From contig JANOAD010000255.1 in assembly GCA_031410955.1 (NCBI GenBank), positions 1-63,907 on the forward strand: a stretch of DNA of 63,907 bases, read 5' to 3'. Source of the DNA: Novosphingobium sp. (GTDB taxonomy: Bacteria; Pseudomonadota; Alphaproteobacteria; Sphingomonadales; Sphingomonadaceae). A program made the translations under genes and the position numbers. The notes beneath the pieces were generated by a model, which saw nothing but the letters and a program-made list of their open reading frames with translations, ran no database searches and was not told the DNA's origin. Positions 9,643-19,853 of the stretch are shown here, one piece after another; positions within the stretch are counted from its first letter, which is position 1, and each line of letters starts with the position of its first letter.

Positions 9643-11312
9643 CTGCCGTGCCCGGCGAGAGCTACGACTATGTGATCGTCGGCGCGGGTTCGGCCGGCTG
9701 CGTGCTGGCCGACCGGCTCAGCGCCGATGGGACCAATCGCGTCCTGCTGCTCGAATTCGGCGGTAGCGATCGGTCGATCTTCATCCAGATGCCCGCTGCG
9801 CTGGCCTATCCGATGAACACCCGGCGCTGGAACTGGGGCTATGAAAGCGAGCCGGAACCGAACCTGAATGGCCGCCGGTTGAACTGTCCGCGCGGCAAGG
9901 GGCTGGGCGGCTCATCCTCGATCAACGGGCTGGTCTATGTGCGCGGTAATGCGCTTGATTTCGAACGCTGGCAGAATGAGGAGGGCGCGCGCGGCTGGGG
10001 CTATGCCGATGTCCTGCCTTATTTCAAACGCGCCGAGACGCGGGCCGAGGGCGGCAACGAATATCGCGGCAGCGAGGGTCCGCTCTCCACGACCTATGGC
10101 ACGCTGCGCAACCCGCTGCACCAGGCCTGGCTCGATGCCGCGCAGGAGGCGGGTTACAGCCTGACCGAGGATTACAACGGCTTCCGCCAGGAAGGCTTCG
10201 GCCGGATGGACATGACCGTGCGCAAGGGCACGCGGTGCTCGGCGGCCAAGGCCTATCTCTATCCGGCGCGGAAGCGCTCGAACCTGCGGGTGATCCAGCA
10301 CGCACTGGCGACGCGCGTGTTGTTCGAAGGCAAACGCGCCGTAGGTGTCGAATTTGAGCGCGGCGGACAGCTGCAGCACGTCCGCGCAGAGCGTGAGGTG
10401 ATCCTCTCGGGCGGATCGATCAATTCGGTCCAGCTGCTCAAGCTTTCGGGGATCGGGCCGACGCAGGAACTGGCGGAGCTTGGCGTGCCGGTGGTGGCCG
10501 ATCGCGCCGGGGTCGGGGGCAACCTGCAGGATCACCTCGAATTTTATTTCCAGATGGCCTGCACCCAACCGGTGACGCTTTATGGCCAGGCCAACCTGGT
10601 GGGCAAGGCGCTGGCGGGGGCGCAGTGGCTGTTCCTGCGCAGCGGGATCGGTGCCACCAGTCATTTCGAAAGCTGCGGCTTCATCCGCAGCCGGGCCGGG
10701 ATCAGGTATCCTGACATCCAGTACCATTTCTTCCCGATGGCGATCAATTACGATGGCAGCGCGCTGGCCACCGAGCATGGTTTTCAGGCGCATGTCGGCC
10801 CGATGCGCTCCAAGAGCCGCGGCACGGTCACGTTGCGCAGCGCCGATCCGCGCGACAAGCCCAAGATCAAGTTCAACTACATGAGCCACCCCGATGACTG
10901 GGCCGAAATGCGCGCCTGCGTTCGGCTGACCCGCGAGATTTTCCAGCAACCCGCCTTCGCGCCGTGGCGCGGACGGGAAATTCAGCCGGGCGCCGATTGC
11001 ACCAGTGACGAGGCGATCGACGCCTTCATCGCCGAACATGTCGAAAGCGCGCTGCACCCCTCGTGCACCTGCAAGATGGGTGCGCCTGACGATCTGTTGG
11101 CGGTAGTCGATCCCGAACTCAAGGTGATCGGGGTCGAGGCCCTGCGGGTGATCGACAGTTCGGTCATGCCCTCGATCACAACCGGCAACCTCAACGCGCC
11201 GACGATCATGATCGGTGAGAAGGGTGCCGATCTGGTCCTGGGCAAGAGGCCGCTCGCTCCGTCAAACGCGCCCTATTACGTGGCGCCCGATTGGGAAGTG
11301 TCGCAGCGATGA
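9639..11312 (+). CDS. betA: Choline dehydrogenase (GMC oxidoreductase)
   Basis: YDYVIVGAGSAGC, IFIQMPAAL, RGKGLGGSSSING, HGFQAHVGPMRSKSRG, HPSCTCKMG, GNLNAPTIMIGEK. Confidence 0.92.
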   Translation: MTAVPGESYDYVIVGAGSAGCVLADRLSADGTNRVLLLEFGGSDRSIFIQMPAALAYPMNTRRWNWGYESEPEPNLNGRRLNCPRGKGLGGSSSINGLVYVRGNALDFERWQNEEGARGWGYADVLPYFKRAETRAEGGNEYRGSEGPLSTTYGTLRNPLHQAWLDAAQEAGYSLTEDYNGFRQEGFGRMDMTVRKGTRCSAAKAYLYPARKRSNLRVIQHALATRVLFEGKRAVGVEFERGGQLQHVRAEREVILSGGSINSVQLLKLSGIGPTQELAELGVPVVADRAGVGGNLQDHLEFYFQMACTQPVTLYGQANLVGKALAGAQWLFLRSGIGATSHFESCGFIRSRAGIRYPDIQYHFFPMAINYDGSALATEHGFQAHVGPMRSKSRGTVTLRSADPRDKPKIKFNYMSHPDDWAEMRACVRLTREIFQQPAFAPWRGREIQPGADCTSDEAIDAFIAEHVESALHPSCTCKMGAPDDLLAVVDPELKVIGVEALRVIDSSVMPSITTGNLNAPTIMIGEKGADLVLGKRPLAPSNAPYYVAPDWEVSQR

Positions 11313-12673
11313 CCCGCTTCATTCAGGAACCTGCCCGCGATATTGCGGTGATCCGCGAGACCGAGGTGCTGGTGGTCGGCTCTGGCCCGGGCGGACTGGC
11401 CGCTGCTTTGGCGTCGGCCCGAGCCGGCGTCGAGACCATCCTGCTCGAACGCTACGGCTGCTTCGGCGGCAATATCACCCAGGTCGGGGTCGAGGGCTTC
11501 GCCTGGTATCGCCACCCGGCCACGATCGACAGCGAAGGCATCGGGCGCGAATTCGAAGAGCGCGCCAAGGCGATGGGCGCGGCCATGCCCGAGCCGCAAT
11601 CGATCAGCCATTCGCTCGACGCGGAAGCGTTCAAGTTCGTTGCCGATAGACTGGTCGAGGAAGCGGGGGTCATTCCCATGCTTCACCGCCTGTTCGTCGC
11701 GCCGATCATGGCGGGCGACACCATCACGGGCGTGATGGTCGAGAGCAAGGCCGGGCGCGAGGCGATCCTGGCCAAGCGGGTGATCGACGCCACCGGCGAT
11801 GGCGACATCGCCTATCGCTGCGGCGCGCCGACCCACATGCATCCGGTCGACGAGATGATGTCGGTCTCGGTCATGTTTTCGATGTGCGGGGTCAACAAGA
11901 CGCGCTTCATCGATGCGGTGAAGGCCGATCCGCAGAGCTACGGCGATTGGGCCGTGGGCGGAGAGTGGGAGGTCAAGACCAGCGGCAAGGAGGACGAAAT
12001 GTTCTCCCCCTTCTTGCGCAAACCGTTCCAGAAGGCGCTCGAAGCAGGGCTGATCCCCGATAGCGTGAAGACCATGGCGGGCACCTGGGGCACAGTTTCC
12101 GATCAGGGCGATCTCACTTATCTCAACATGTGCCACCTCTATCTCGACGGCACCGACCCCGATGCCCTGACGCACGGCGAAATGGCGGGCCGCCAGCAAG
12201 CGATGCACGCGATCGACGCGCTCAAGGCCTTCATGCCCGGCTGCGAGAACGCCAAGCTGCGCAACTTCGGAATGACCCTGGGCATTCGCGATACCCGCAA
12301 GATCGACGCGGTCTACAACCTGACCGCAAGCGATGTGCTGGGCGAGGCCCGGTTCGATGACAGCATCGGCATCTTCCCCGAATTCATCGATGGCTACGGT
12401 TATCTGATCCTGCCGACCACCGGGCGCTATTTCCATGTGCCGTACCGTTCAATGCTGCCCCGCGGCGTGCACAACCTGATCGTCACCGGGCGCACGATCG
12501 GCGGCGACAAGGTCAGCCACGCGGCGGTGCGCAACATGATGTGCTGCGCGGTGGCCGGGCAGGGCGCAGGCGTCGCGGCGGCACTGGCGGTCAAGAGCGG
12601 GCGGGGCTTTGCCAACCTCGACCTGGTGGCAGTCCAGCGCGAATTGCTGCGGCAAGGCGCGCGGATCAATTGA
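11309..12673 (+). CDS. FAD-dependent oxidoreductase of unknown substrate (FAD_oxidored-type)
   Basis: VVGSGPGG FAD motif, IDATGDGD, VPYRSMLP, GQGAGVAAA; ATGA-coupled to betA. Confidence 0.8.
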   Translation: MTRFIQEPARDIAVIRETEVLVVGSGPGGLAAALASARAGVETILLERYGCFGGNITQVGVEGFAWYRHPATIDSEGIGREFEERAKAMGAAMPEPQSISHSLDAEAFKFVADRLVEEAGVIPMLHRLFVAPIMAGDTITGVMVESKAGREAILAKRVIDATGDGDIAYRCGAPTHMHPVDEMMSVSVMFSMCGVNKTRFIDAVKADPQSYGDWAVGGEWEVKTSGKEDEMFSPFLRKPFQKALEAGLIPDSVKTMAGTWGTVSDQGDLTYLNMCHLYLDGTDPDALTHGEMAGRQQAMHAIDALKAFMPGCENAKLRNFGMTLGIRDTRKIDAVYNLTASDVLGEARFDDSIGIFPEFIDGYGYLILPTTGRYFHVPYRSMLPRGVHNLIVTGRTIGGDKVSHAAVRNMMCCAVAGQGAGVAAALAVKSGRGFANLDLVAVQRELLRQGARIN

Positions 12674-12743
12674 CGGGTGAGGCAATCCCGGTGCGGCCTG
12701 CAAAATGCCCCTAGCGGCATTATGATTCGCAGGTATGGTACGT

Positions 12744-12758
12744 ATTAGGAATGATAAT
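12744..12758. promoter_or_regulatory. Putative LysR-type operator ATTA-N7-TAAT
   Basis: ATTAGGAATGATAAT is a T-N11-A dyad in an AT-rich patch about 45 bp upstream of the LysR start. Confidence 0.4.
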
Positions 12759-12801
12759 GATGCGGTCGGCTTTGGCCGGGCGCCAAGGGGCAAGTGATCC
12801 C

Positions 12802-13761
12802 ATGAAGCCGGCGCAAGAGTTCGATCTTCACGCAATCGAGGTCCTGATCATGACCGTCGAGCTGGGCGGGATGTCGCAGTGCGCCGCCCATCTGGAGATT
12901 ACCCAGTCGGCCGTGTCCCAGACCATTGCGCGCCTGGAAGCGAGCATCGGCACGCCCTTGTTCGATCGTTCGATGCGGCCTTTGGGATTGACGACGAGCG
13001 GTCGCTCGATGTTCGAACGCGGCAAGCACCTGCTCGCCTTGGCCCGCAGCACCTACGACAATGTTCGCGTCGGCGCCGATCTACCACTGGCGCGGCTGAC
13101 GGTGGCGATGTCGTTCAGTCTGGCCAACCAGCTGACCGCGGCGATCATGAGTGATCTGGGCGGCCGGGCCGAGCGATGGAACATCCGCTCGGGAATTTCG
13201 CTCGAGCATCAGGGCGAATTCCTCGCCCGCGACATCGACATGCTGGTGACCGGCAGCTTCAACCTTGAGCACCGCGACAATATCGAGTTGCATCCGGTGT
13301 TCGAGGAGGGCTTCGTGATTGCGGTCCCGGCGAGCTACCACAAGCAGCTCCAGATCGATGCGGACCCTGCCGACTTGCCGTTTATCCGGTTCTCGCGGCT
13401 GACCGGCATGGGGCAGCAGATCGAACGCCAGATCGTGCGACTGAAGCTCGGCTTGCGCCAGGGCGTAGAGGTTGAATCGTCGCATCAGCAGCTAGCCCTG
13501 GTTGCGGCAGGCCTTGGCTGGACGATAACTTCTCCGGTCTGCCTTTCGGCGGCGCCGGAATTGCTGCGCAGGATCCGGATCGAACCGATGCCGCGCGGCC
13601 GCTTTTCGCGCACCGTGCAAGTTGTCTCGCGAGCCGGCGAGCTTGGCGCTCTGCCTCAGCAGGTGGCGCTGGTATGCAGCCGGCAGCTGAAAGAAGTTAC
13701 TTTCCCCCCTTTGATCCAGCAGATGCCCTGGCTGGAGGAGCAGATCACATGGCACGCCTGA
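12802..13761 (+). CDS. LysR family transcriptional regulator
   Basis: N-terminal HTH (MSQCAAHLEITQSAVSQTIARLEASIGTPLFDR) plus a substrate-binding domain; start chosen at ATG 12802. Confidence 0.9.
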   Translation: MKPAQEFDLHAIEVLIMTVELGGMSQCAAHLEITQSAVSQTIARLEASIGTPLFDRSMRPLGLTTSGRSMFERGKHLLALARSTYDNVRVGADLPLARLTVAMSFSLANQLTAAIMSDLGGRAERWNIRSGISLEHQGEFLARDIDMLVTGSFNLEHRDNIELHPVFEEGFVIAVPASYHKQLQIDADPADLPFIRFSRLTGMGQQIERQIVRLKLGLRQGVEVESSHQQLALVAAGLGWTITSPVCLSAAPELLRRIRIEPMPRGRFSRTVQVVSRAGELGALPQQVALVCSRQLKEVTFPPLIQQMPWLEEQITWHA

Positions 13762-15065
13762 CCACAATCACCCTGATAGCATTCGTCACCTTGCTTGCCG
13801 CTGCCAGCCCCGGCGCGCCGCTGCCGCCAAGCGTGCCCGGCATCGATGCGCCGCAATTGGCACCGCTTGGTCCGCACAAGGTCGGGTTTCGCAGCGTGAC
13901 CCTGGTCCACAAGGCCCAGCCTGATCTGCTCAATGTCGATCCTGCGACCGGACGCGTCCACCTCCACGACCGTGCGCTGACCGTCGATATCTGGTACCCG
14001 GCCAAGGCCCGGCGCGGTGCCGCTCCGGTGACCTATGCGGGCAGCCTTTACGGGGAGCCTCCCGGACCGCCCGCCAAGTTCACCGTGCCCGGTCTTGCAA
14101 TTCGCGGCGCCGCGCCAGACGGGCAGGGCTACCCCTTGGTGATCTTTTCGCACGGCTACAGCAATGCCCCGGCAGTCATGACATGGCTGACTGAGAATCT
14201 AGCCTCAAAAGGCTATGTGGTTGCGGCGATCCATCACGAAGATCCCGACCCCTATGTAGTTTCGGCCGACAAGCGGGCAGCGCCCAACTTCAACCGGCCG
14301 GTCGATATAGCCTTCGTTGCGGCCGCATTACGCCGCGATCTGGGCGCGCTGATCGACCCTGCCGAGCTGGCGCTAATCGGGTATTCGCAGGGCGGATACG
14401 GCGTTCTGGCCGCAGGGGGTGCCACTCTTGACCCCGATGGTCCGAACATGGGCCAGGTCGCCGGAGGGTGGATGAAACGGCTCGCGCGGGGTGCGGCGAC
14501 CGAGGCCGAGGGCAAGGTTCCAGGGGTTAAGGCGATCGTGGCCATTGCCCCGGCCGGCGGCGCGCCGCGCAGTGCATGGGGGAACGCAGGCCTGCTCGGC
14601 ATCACCGCGCCAATGCTGCTGATTCAGGGCGATGTTGACCTGACAGTCGACTACAAGACCGGTGCGCTTGCCGATTTCGAGAATGCCAGGAATTCGAACC
14701 GGTATCTGCTCACGTTCCGCCAAGCCGGCCACGACATCGGACTCAGCCCCGCACCTGCGCAAATGCGCGGCAACCTGTGGGACATAGATTGGTTTCAAGA
14801 TCCGATCTGGCGGGCCGACCGCGTCAACGCCATCAACCTGCACTTCATAACCGCATTCCTGGCGGTTCACCTCAAGCATGATGCCGGCATGAACAGTTAC
14901 CTCGACGTACCTGTTGAAGATGCCGGCGAAGGCATCTGGAACGCCCCCGACAAAACGCCGTGGAGTGCCTACAGTCCTGGCGGGAACGGCGTCACTCTGT
15001 GGAAGGGCTTCCAGCGCCGTCATGCGCAGGGGCTGACCCTGCGCCATGCCGCCGCACGGCGGTAG
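13749..15065 (+). CDS. Secreted alpha/beta hydrolase (dienelactone hydrolase/PAF-acetylhydrolase-like)
   Basis: Signal peptide MARLTTITLIAFVTLLAAA; PLVIFSHG, LASKGYVV, nucleophile GYSQGG, QGDVD, AGH. Confidence 0.8.
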   Translation: MARLTTITLIAFVTLLAAASPGAPLPPSVPGIDAPQLAPLGPHKVGFRSVTLVHKAQPDLLNVDPATGRVHLHDRALTVDIWYPAKARRGAAPVTYAGSLYGEPPGPPAKFTVPGLAIRGAAPDGQGYPLVIFSHGYSNAPAVMTWLTENLASKGYVVAAIHHEDPDPYVVSADKRAAPNFNRPVDIAFVAAALRRDLGALIDPAELALIGYSQGGYGVLAAGGATLDPDGPNMGQVAGGWMKRLARGAATEAEGKVPGVKAIVAIAPAGGAPRSAWGNAGLLGITAPMLLIQGDVDLTVDYKTGALADFENARNSNRYLLTFRQAGHDIGLSPAPAQMRGNLWDIDWFQDPIWRADRVNAINLHFITAFLAVHLKHDAGMNSYLDVPVEDAGEGIWNAPDKTPWSAYSPGGNGVTLWKGFQRRHAQGLTLRHAAARR

Positions 15066-15068
15066 CAG

Positions 15069-15557
15069 CTAATCCAGCGCTTCTGCCGCGACGGTCCAGA
15101 AGTGGATCATGTCGTGAGCATAGCTCAGCGGGACATAGGCCAGACAGGCGTCATGGCTTTCGACAAGCAGTCGGATGTTGACGTGGTCGATCACTGTTGC
15201 CGCGCTGCACCCGGGAGCGAAGTCGCTGGATTCGGCATCGAAGACGCCATGTTCCATCAGTAGGCTGCGCCAGGCCGCGCCGCTCAGCCGGACCCGCATC
15301 AGGCCGCCGCCGATCGCGGTCAGGCTGCCGTCGGAGCCGAGCACTTCGGTGAGGCCGCCAATCTCGCCTTCGACCAGCCAGACGGTCGGCTCGAAGCGGA
15401 TCAGCTGCATCGACGGGAGCTGCAGGGACGATCCTGCGGCGGGCAAGCTCGCGCCGTATGCCTTGGCAAAGCGCTTGGCTACGCCCGCCGGATCGCTCCA
15501 GATCTCCAGCACGTGGAGCGGCGCAGCGGGCAGGGCGGTTATCGTCACGTCAGTCAC
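15069..15557 (-). CDS. Sarcosine oxidase gamma-like subunit (divergent)
   Basis: Last gene of the second sox-like operon; RFEPTVWLV and YVPLSYA resemble SoxG motifs. Confidence 0.7.
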   Translation of the reverse strand: MTDVTITALPAAPLHVLEIWSDPAGVAKRFAKAYGASLPAAGSSLQLPSMQLIRFEPTVWLVEGEIGGLTEVLGSDGSLTAIGGGLMRVRLSGAAWRSLLMEHGVFDAESSDFAPGCSAATVIDHVNIRLLVESHDACLAYVPLSYAHDMIHFWTVAAEALD

Positions 15558-18321
15558 GGTACCGCTCCCCCGAGGTGTCGTAGAAATGGAGTGCCACCAC
15601 GCGAACCGTCGCGCTCTGGCCCCGGGTGGGGGAGGTCGCGACCAGCGTTTCGCCGTGGCGAGTGAAGCCGTCGTTCAATTGCCCAAGGGCAATCGAGCCT
15701 CCGTCAAGGACGCGAAGTCCCGATGCGGTAACGTGACCTTCGGCTGACTGGCCTTGAGCTGAAACGAGCATGGCCCCCTCCGGAATCGTTCCGCCGAGTG
15801 CTTCGAGCCCGACCAGCTGCTTGCGCCCGGGCTGGGTCAGTGCCGGGCGCGTCAGCCCCGCCGCGCCGATATAGCCGCCCGCCTTGTTCAGCATCTTGTC
15901 GAGCGCAAGGTCATGCGGGGTCAGCCGGCCGTCGATTTCGCCGCCGACCACTAAATGCCCTTTTTCGATGCGGAGGAATTCCATCGCCTCCATCCCGTAA
16001 AGGCTGCCACCCTGGGCGGTGACTGCGGCCTCGCAAGCGCTCCACACCAGTTCAGCCTTGCTGGCTTCGACATAGATTTCAAAGGCCCGCTCGCCGCTAT
16101 AGCTTGCTGCCAGGACCAGCACCGCAATCCCGGCAACCGTCGCTGCTACAGTCGACATGTGGCGTGGCACCTCGTCGCCGATCAGCGCTGCCAGAACGTC
16201 CTTGGCCTTGGGTCCGGCGACCGCGATCCCGGCGTAGTGTTCCTGAACATTGACCGCTGAGGCTTTGAACTGCGGGCACAGGAATTGGCGGACATACGAG
16301 ATGTGCGTCGCCATCCGGTCGGCCCCGCCGGTCGAACTGGTCAGGAGGTAGCGATCTTCGCCCAGCCGCCAGACCGTGCCATCATCGAAGACCAGCCCGT
16401 CCTCACGCAACATGAAGGTATAGCGTCCCCGCCCGACCGCCAGCTTGCTTACCGTCGTCGCGCAGATCAGCTCGAGCAGCGCGGCGGCGTCAGGACCGCT
16501 GACCTCGAACTTGGCCAGGGTGGAAACGTCGGTCATGCCGACCGCGGTGCGCACGCTACGCGCCTCGCGTAGCGCTGCTTCGGCAAGGGTCTCGGAACTT
16601 TGCGGAAAGGCGCGCGGGCGTTTCCAGTAGCCCAGCGGCTGCCAGATCGGCGCCTTCGTCTGATGCACCTCGTAAAGTGCCAGGCGGCGCAGATGTGCGC
16701 CGGCATCGCGCTCGGTCCGGCCCGCGAGCAGCCCCATGGTGACCGGCGTGTAGGGCGGGCGGAAGGTAGTCAGGCCGGCCTCGGGAATGGCCATGCCTTG
16801 CTTCTCGGCGAGCCGGCCGAGCGCCGCCATGTTGCTGGTCTTGCCCTGATCGGTCGCCATCCCCAACGTGGTGTAGCGCTTGAGATGCTCGACCGAGCGA
16901 TAGCCTTCAGCCCAGGCGAGATCGACATCGCCAAGCGAAACGTCGTTCTGGAAATCAATGAACGATTTGGCCGGGTTCTCCGGGGCAAACGTCGGGCCGA
17001 CGGGATCGGCACTCGCGGCAGCGCCAATCGAGGTGACGGTCTGCCGCGCGGCCCCGGGCAGGAACGACTGGCTGGCTTCATCCCAGTCCAGCTTTGCGCC
17101 GCCCGCCTGCATGTGCAGGTGCACCACCGGGGTGAAGCCGCCGGACATGGCCAGAAGGCCAGCCTGCCAGCGCACGATCTTGCCGGCCACTCGTGCGCTG
17201 ACTTCGCGCAAGTGATGCCGCGCACCCTTGGTCGCCAGTGGCATGGCGTCATTGTGCACCGGAAAGCCGCTGGTTACCCCCGCAGGAGCTGGCCGGGTAT
17301 CCAGTACCGCGACAACTTCGGCCCCGGCATCGCGCAGGGCGGCGGCGGTCAGATAGGCATCGTCGTTGTTGGTCGCGATCACCACGCGCTGGCCCGGCAC
17401 CACCCCGAAGCGCCGCACATAGGTCCGCACCGCCTGGCTCAGCATCACCCCGGGGCGATCGTTGCGCGCAAAGGCAAGCGGGCGTTCGAGCGCGCCGGTG
17501 GCCAGCACCACCCGCTTGGCCCGGACGTGCCACAGGCGCTGCGCAGTGCCGTTCGGTGGCTGCTCGCCCGGTTCGGCCAGCCGCTGACTCAAGGTAATGA
17601 GATTATCGTCCCAATAGCCGATTGCGGTGGTGCGCAGCAGCACCCGCCCGCCCAGCGCTTCGATCCGCGTCCGGCTCGCCTCGGCCCAGGCCGCGTCGAG
17701 CTCCTGCTGATCGCGGATCAGCGACGGCGTGAGTACGCTATCCTGCTCGACCAGCATGACGCGGTCGCCTACCTCGGCAGCGGCCAGCGCGGCGGCGAGG
17801 CCAGCTGGTCCCGCACCCACCACCAGCACATCGCAAAAGGCGGCGCGCTGGGCGAAGCGATCCGGGTCAGCCTCGGTCGGCGCATCACCCAGCCCGGCAG
17901 CGCGGCGGATGAACCATTCGTAGAACATCCAGCGTTTGGCCGATCCGAAGAAGGTCTTGTAATAGAATCCGGCGGGCAGCGCCTTGGCGGCGAGGCCCAA
18001 TACCGATCCCACGTCGAAGGACAAATTGGGCCAACGGTTTTGGCTGCGCGCGACCATCCCCTCGTAAACGAACAGGTCGGTCGCGCGGGTGTTCGATTCG
18101 CACCGACCCTCGGTTCCGACAGTCACCAATGCATTGGGCTCTTCGATCCCGGCGGCCATGATTCCGCGCGGCCGGTGGTACTTGAAGCTGCGGGCGACCA
18201 GTCCAATGCCATTGGCAAGCAGGGCCGCCGCCAATGTATCGCCCGGACGCGCAAGCAGCGGCCTGCCATCGAAGGTAAAGCGAATTGAGCCAGGCTCTCC
18301 GTCGCGCCCCGGACCGCTCAT
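15550..18321 (-). CDS. soxA: Sarcosine oxidase alpha-like subunit (second copy)
   Basis: GDTLAAALLANG, RSFKYHRPRG, EHLKRYTTLGMATDQGK, GcvT domain. Start at ATG 18321 overlaps the soxD stop. Confidence 0.88.
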   Translation of the reverse strand: MSGPGRDGEPGSIRFTFDGRPLLARPGDTLAAALLANGIGLVARSFKYHRPRGIMAAGIEEPNALVTVGTEGRCESNTRATDLFVYEGMVARSQNRWPNLSFDVGSVLGLAAKALPAGFYYKTFFGSAKRWMFYEWFIRRAAGLGDAPTEADPDRFAQRAAFCDVLVVGAGPAGLAAALAAAEVGDRVMLVEQDSVLTPSLIRDQQELDAAWAEASRTRIEALGGRVLLRTTAIGYWDDNLITLSQRLAEPGEQPPNGTAQRLWHVRAKRVVLATGALERPLAFARNDRPGVMLSQAVRTYVRRFGVVPGQRVVIATNNDDAYLTAAALRDAGAEVVAVLDTRPAPAGVTSGFPVHNDAMPLATKGARHHLREVSARVAGKIVRWQAGLLAMSGGFTPVVHLHMQAGGAKLDWDEASQSFLPGAARQTVTSIGAAASADPVGPTFAPENPAKSFIDFQNDVSLGDVDLAWAEGYRSVEHLKRYTTLGMATDQGKTSNMAALGRLAEKQGMAIPEAGLTTFRPPYTPVTMGLLAGRTERDAGAHLRRLALYEVHQTKAPIWQPLGYWKRPRAFPQSSETLAEAALREARSVRTAVGMTDVSTLAKFEVSGPDAAALLELICATTVSKLAVGRGRYTFMLREDGLVFDDGTVWRLGEDRYLLTSSTGGADRMATHISYVRQFLCPQFKASAVNVQEHYAGIAVAGPKAKDVLAALIGDEVPRHMSTVAATVAGIAVLVLAASYSGERAFEIYVEASKAELVWSACEAAVTAQGGSLYGMEAMEFLRIEKGHLVVGGEIDGRLTPHDLALDKMLNKAGGYIGAAGLTRPALTQPGRKQLVGLEALGGTIPEGAMLVSAQGQSAEGHVTASGLRVLDGGSIALGQLNDGFTRHGETLVATSPTRGQSATVRVVALHFYDTSGERYRD

Positions 18322-18581
18322 GGCAACGCCTCGGGGCCAACCGCGCGAACCGCTTCGATCGCGTGAGTCACGCGGTGGCGGGTCATCACCAGCCAGGCGC
18401 GGCAACCGAAAGTGTGCCGCCACACCTCTTCATCGAGACCGCGCGGGTTGGCGCGGGTGAACAGGGTCTCTATCGCCTGCGCCGGGTCGGCACCGGGCTG
18501 GACCACCGAATCGACCGTGCGCTCATAGGTAAACTCGACCTGGGCGCGCGGGCCGCAGTGGGGGCAGGTGATCAGCAGCAT
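18318..18581 (-). CDS. soxD: Sarcosine oxidase delta-like subunit (second copy)
   Basis: MLLITCPHCGPR...EF...WRHTFGC. Confidence 0.88.
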   Translation of the reverse strand: MLLITCPHCGPRAQVEFTYERTVDSVVQPGADPAQAIETLFTRANPRGLDEEVWRHTFGCRAWLVMTRHRVTHAIEAVRAVGPEALP

Positions 18582-18596
18582 GGCAACGCCCCTTTT

Positions 18597-19853
18597 CTAG
18601 CGGTGGTTCGGCATCGGGCCGACGCCGTTTTCGTCGATGGTATCGCCGCGGCGGAAACGGTCCAGATCGAACGGTGCGTTGAGTGCATGCGGCGCGCCAG
18701 TGGCGAGCGTGTGGGCATAGGTCCAGCCGGATACCGGGGTGGCCTTGAACCCGCCGTAGCACCACCCGCCATTGAGGAAGAGGTTGGGCACCGGCGTTGT
18801 GCCGATAATCGGCGAGCCGTCGAAGCTCATATCGGTGACCCCGCCCCAGGTGCGCAACATTCGCAGCCGCGACAGCGCCGGAACCAGCGCGATCGCCTGC
18901 GCAATCGCCCCCTGAGTCACCATCGGCTGGCCGCGCTGGGCATAGCTAGGCCAGTTGTCCGGATCGCCGCCCATGACGATCCCGCCCTTGTCCGACTGGC
19001 TGATGTAGCAATGCAGCGACTGCGACATGATCACGCCGTTGATCATCGGCTTGACCCCTTCGGTGACCAGCGCCTGCAGGGTCTGGCTCTCCACCGGCAG
19101 CTTGAGCCCGGCCATCGCGGCGACATGGCCGCTGTGTCCGGCAACGCATATCGCGGTGCGGCCCGCGCCGATCCGGCCTCGGGTGGTCTCCACCCCGATC
19201 ACCGCATCGCCCTGCCGGACGAAGCCGGTGACCTCGCATTTCTGGATGATGTCGACGCCCAGCCGGTCGGCCCCGCGGGCATAACCCCAGGCGACCGCAT
19301 CATGCCGCGCGGTGCCGCCGCGGCGCTGGATCAGCCCGCCGTCGATCGGAAAGCGTGCGTCGCACGACATATCGAGCTGCGGCTCGAGCTTTGCCACCTG
19401 GTCGCGGGTCAGCAGTTCGGCATCGATGCTGTCCACCCGCATCGCATCGCCGCGCTGCGCCAGCATCGTCATGTCGGCGTCGCTGTGCCCCAGCATCAGC
19501 GCCCCACGCGGCGAAAACATGACGTTGTAGTTAAGCTCGTCGCTGAGATGCTCCCACATCTTGAGCCCGAATTCGAAGAAATCGTGCAACGGCTTTTGGC
19601 GGTAATTGGAACGGACCAGCGTGGTGTTGCGGCCGGTATTACCCCCGCCGATCCAGCTCTTTTCGAGCACGGCAACGTTGCGGATGCCGTGGACACTCGC
19701 GAGGTAATAAGCGGTGGCGAGGCCGTGCCCGCCGCCGCCGATGATCACGACGTCGTAGTTGGCCTTGGGCTCGGGATCGCGCCAGGCCGGCTGCCAGTGG
19801 CTCTGACCGTTGAAGACCCCGCGCAACAGCCCGAGCGCCGAATAGCTGGTCAT
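18597..19853 (-). CDS. soxB: Sarcosine oxidase beta-like subunit (second copy)
   Basis: GGGGHGLATAYYLA, GGGNTGRNTT, GGTARHD, GGFKATP; start ATG 19853. Confidence 0.9.
   Translation of the reverse strand: MTSYSALGLLRGVFNGQSHWQPAWRDPEPKANYDVVIIGGGGHGLATAYYLASVHGIRNVAVLEKSWIGGGNTGRNTTLVRSNYRQKPLHDFFEFGLKMWEHLSDELNYNVMFSPRGALMLGHSDADMTMLAQRGDAMRVDSIDAELLTRDQVAKLEPQLDMSCDARFPIDGGLIQRRGGTARHDAVAWGYARGADRLGVDIIQKCEVTGFVRQGDAVIGVETTRGRIGAGRTAICVAGHSGHVAAMAGLKLPVESQTLQALVTEGVKPMINGVIMSQSLHCYISQSDKGGIVMGGDPDNWPSYAQRGQPMVTQGAIAQAIALVPALSRLRMLRTWGGVTDMSFDGSPIIGTTPVPNLFLNGGWCYGGFKATPVSGWTYAHTLATGAPHALNAPFDLDRFRRGDTIDENGVGPMPNHR

Noticed and set aside
15069-19853. N-methylglutamate (gmaS-mgs-mgd) methylamine pathway
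   Set aside because: No gmaS or mgsABC in the window, and Mgd cannot be told from Sox by eye.
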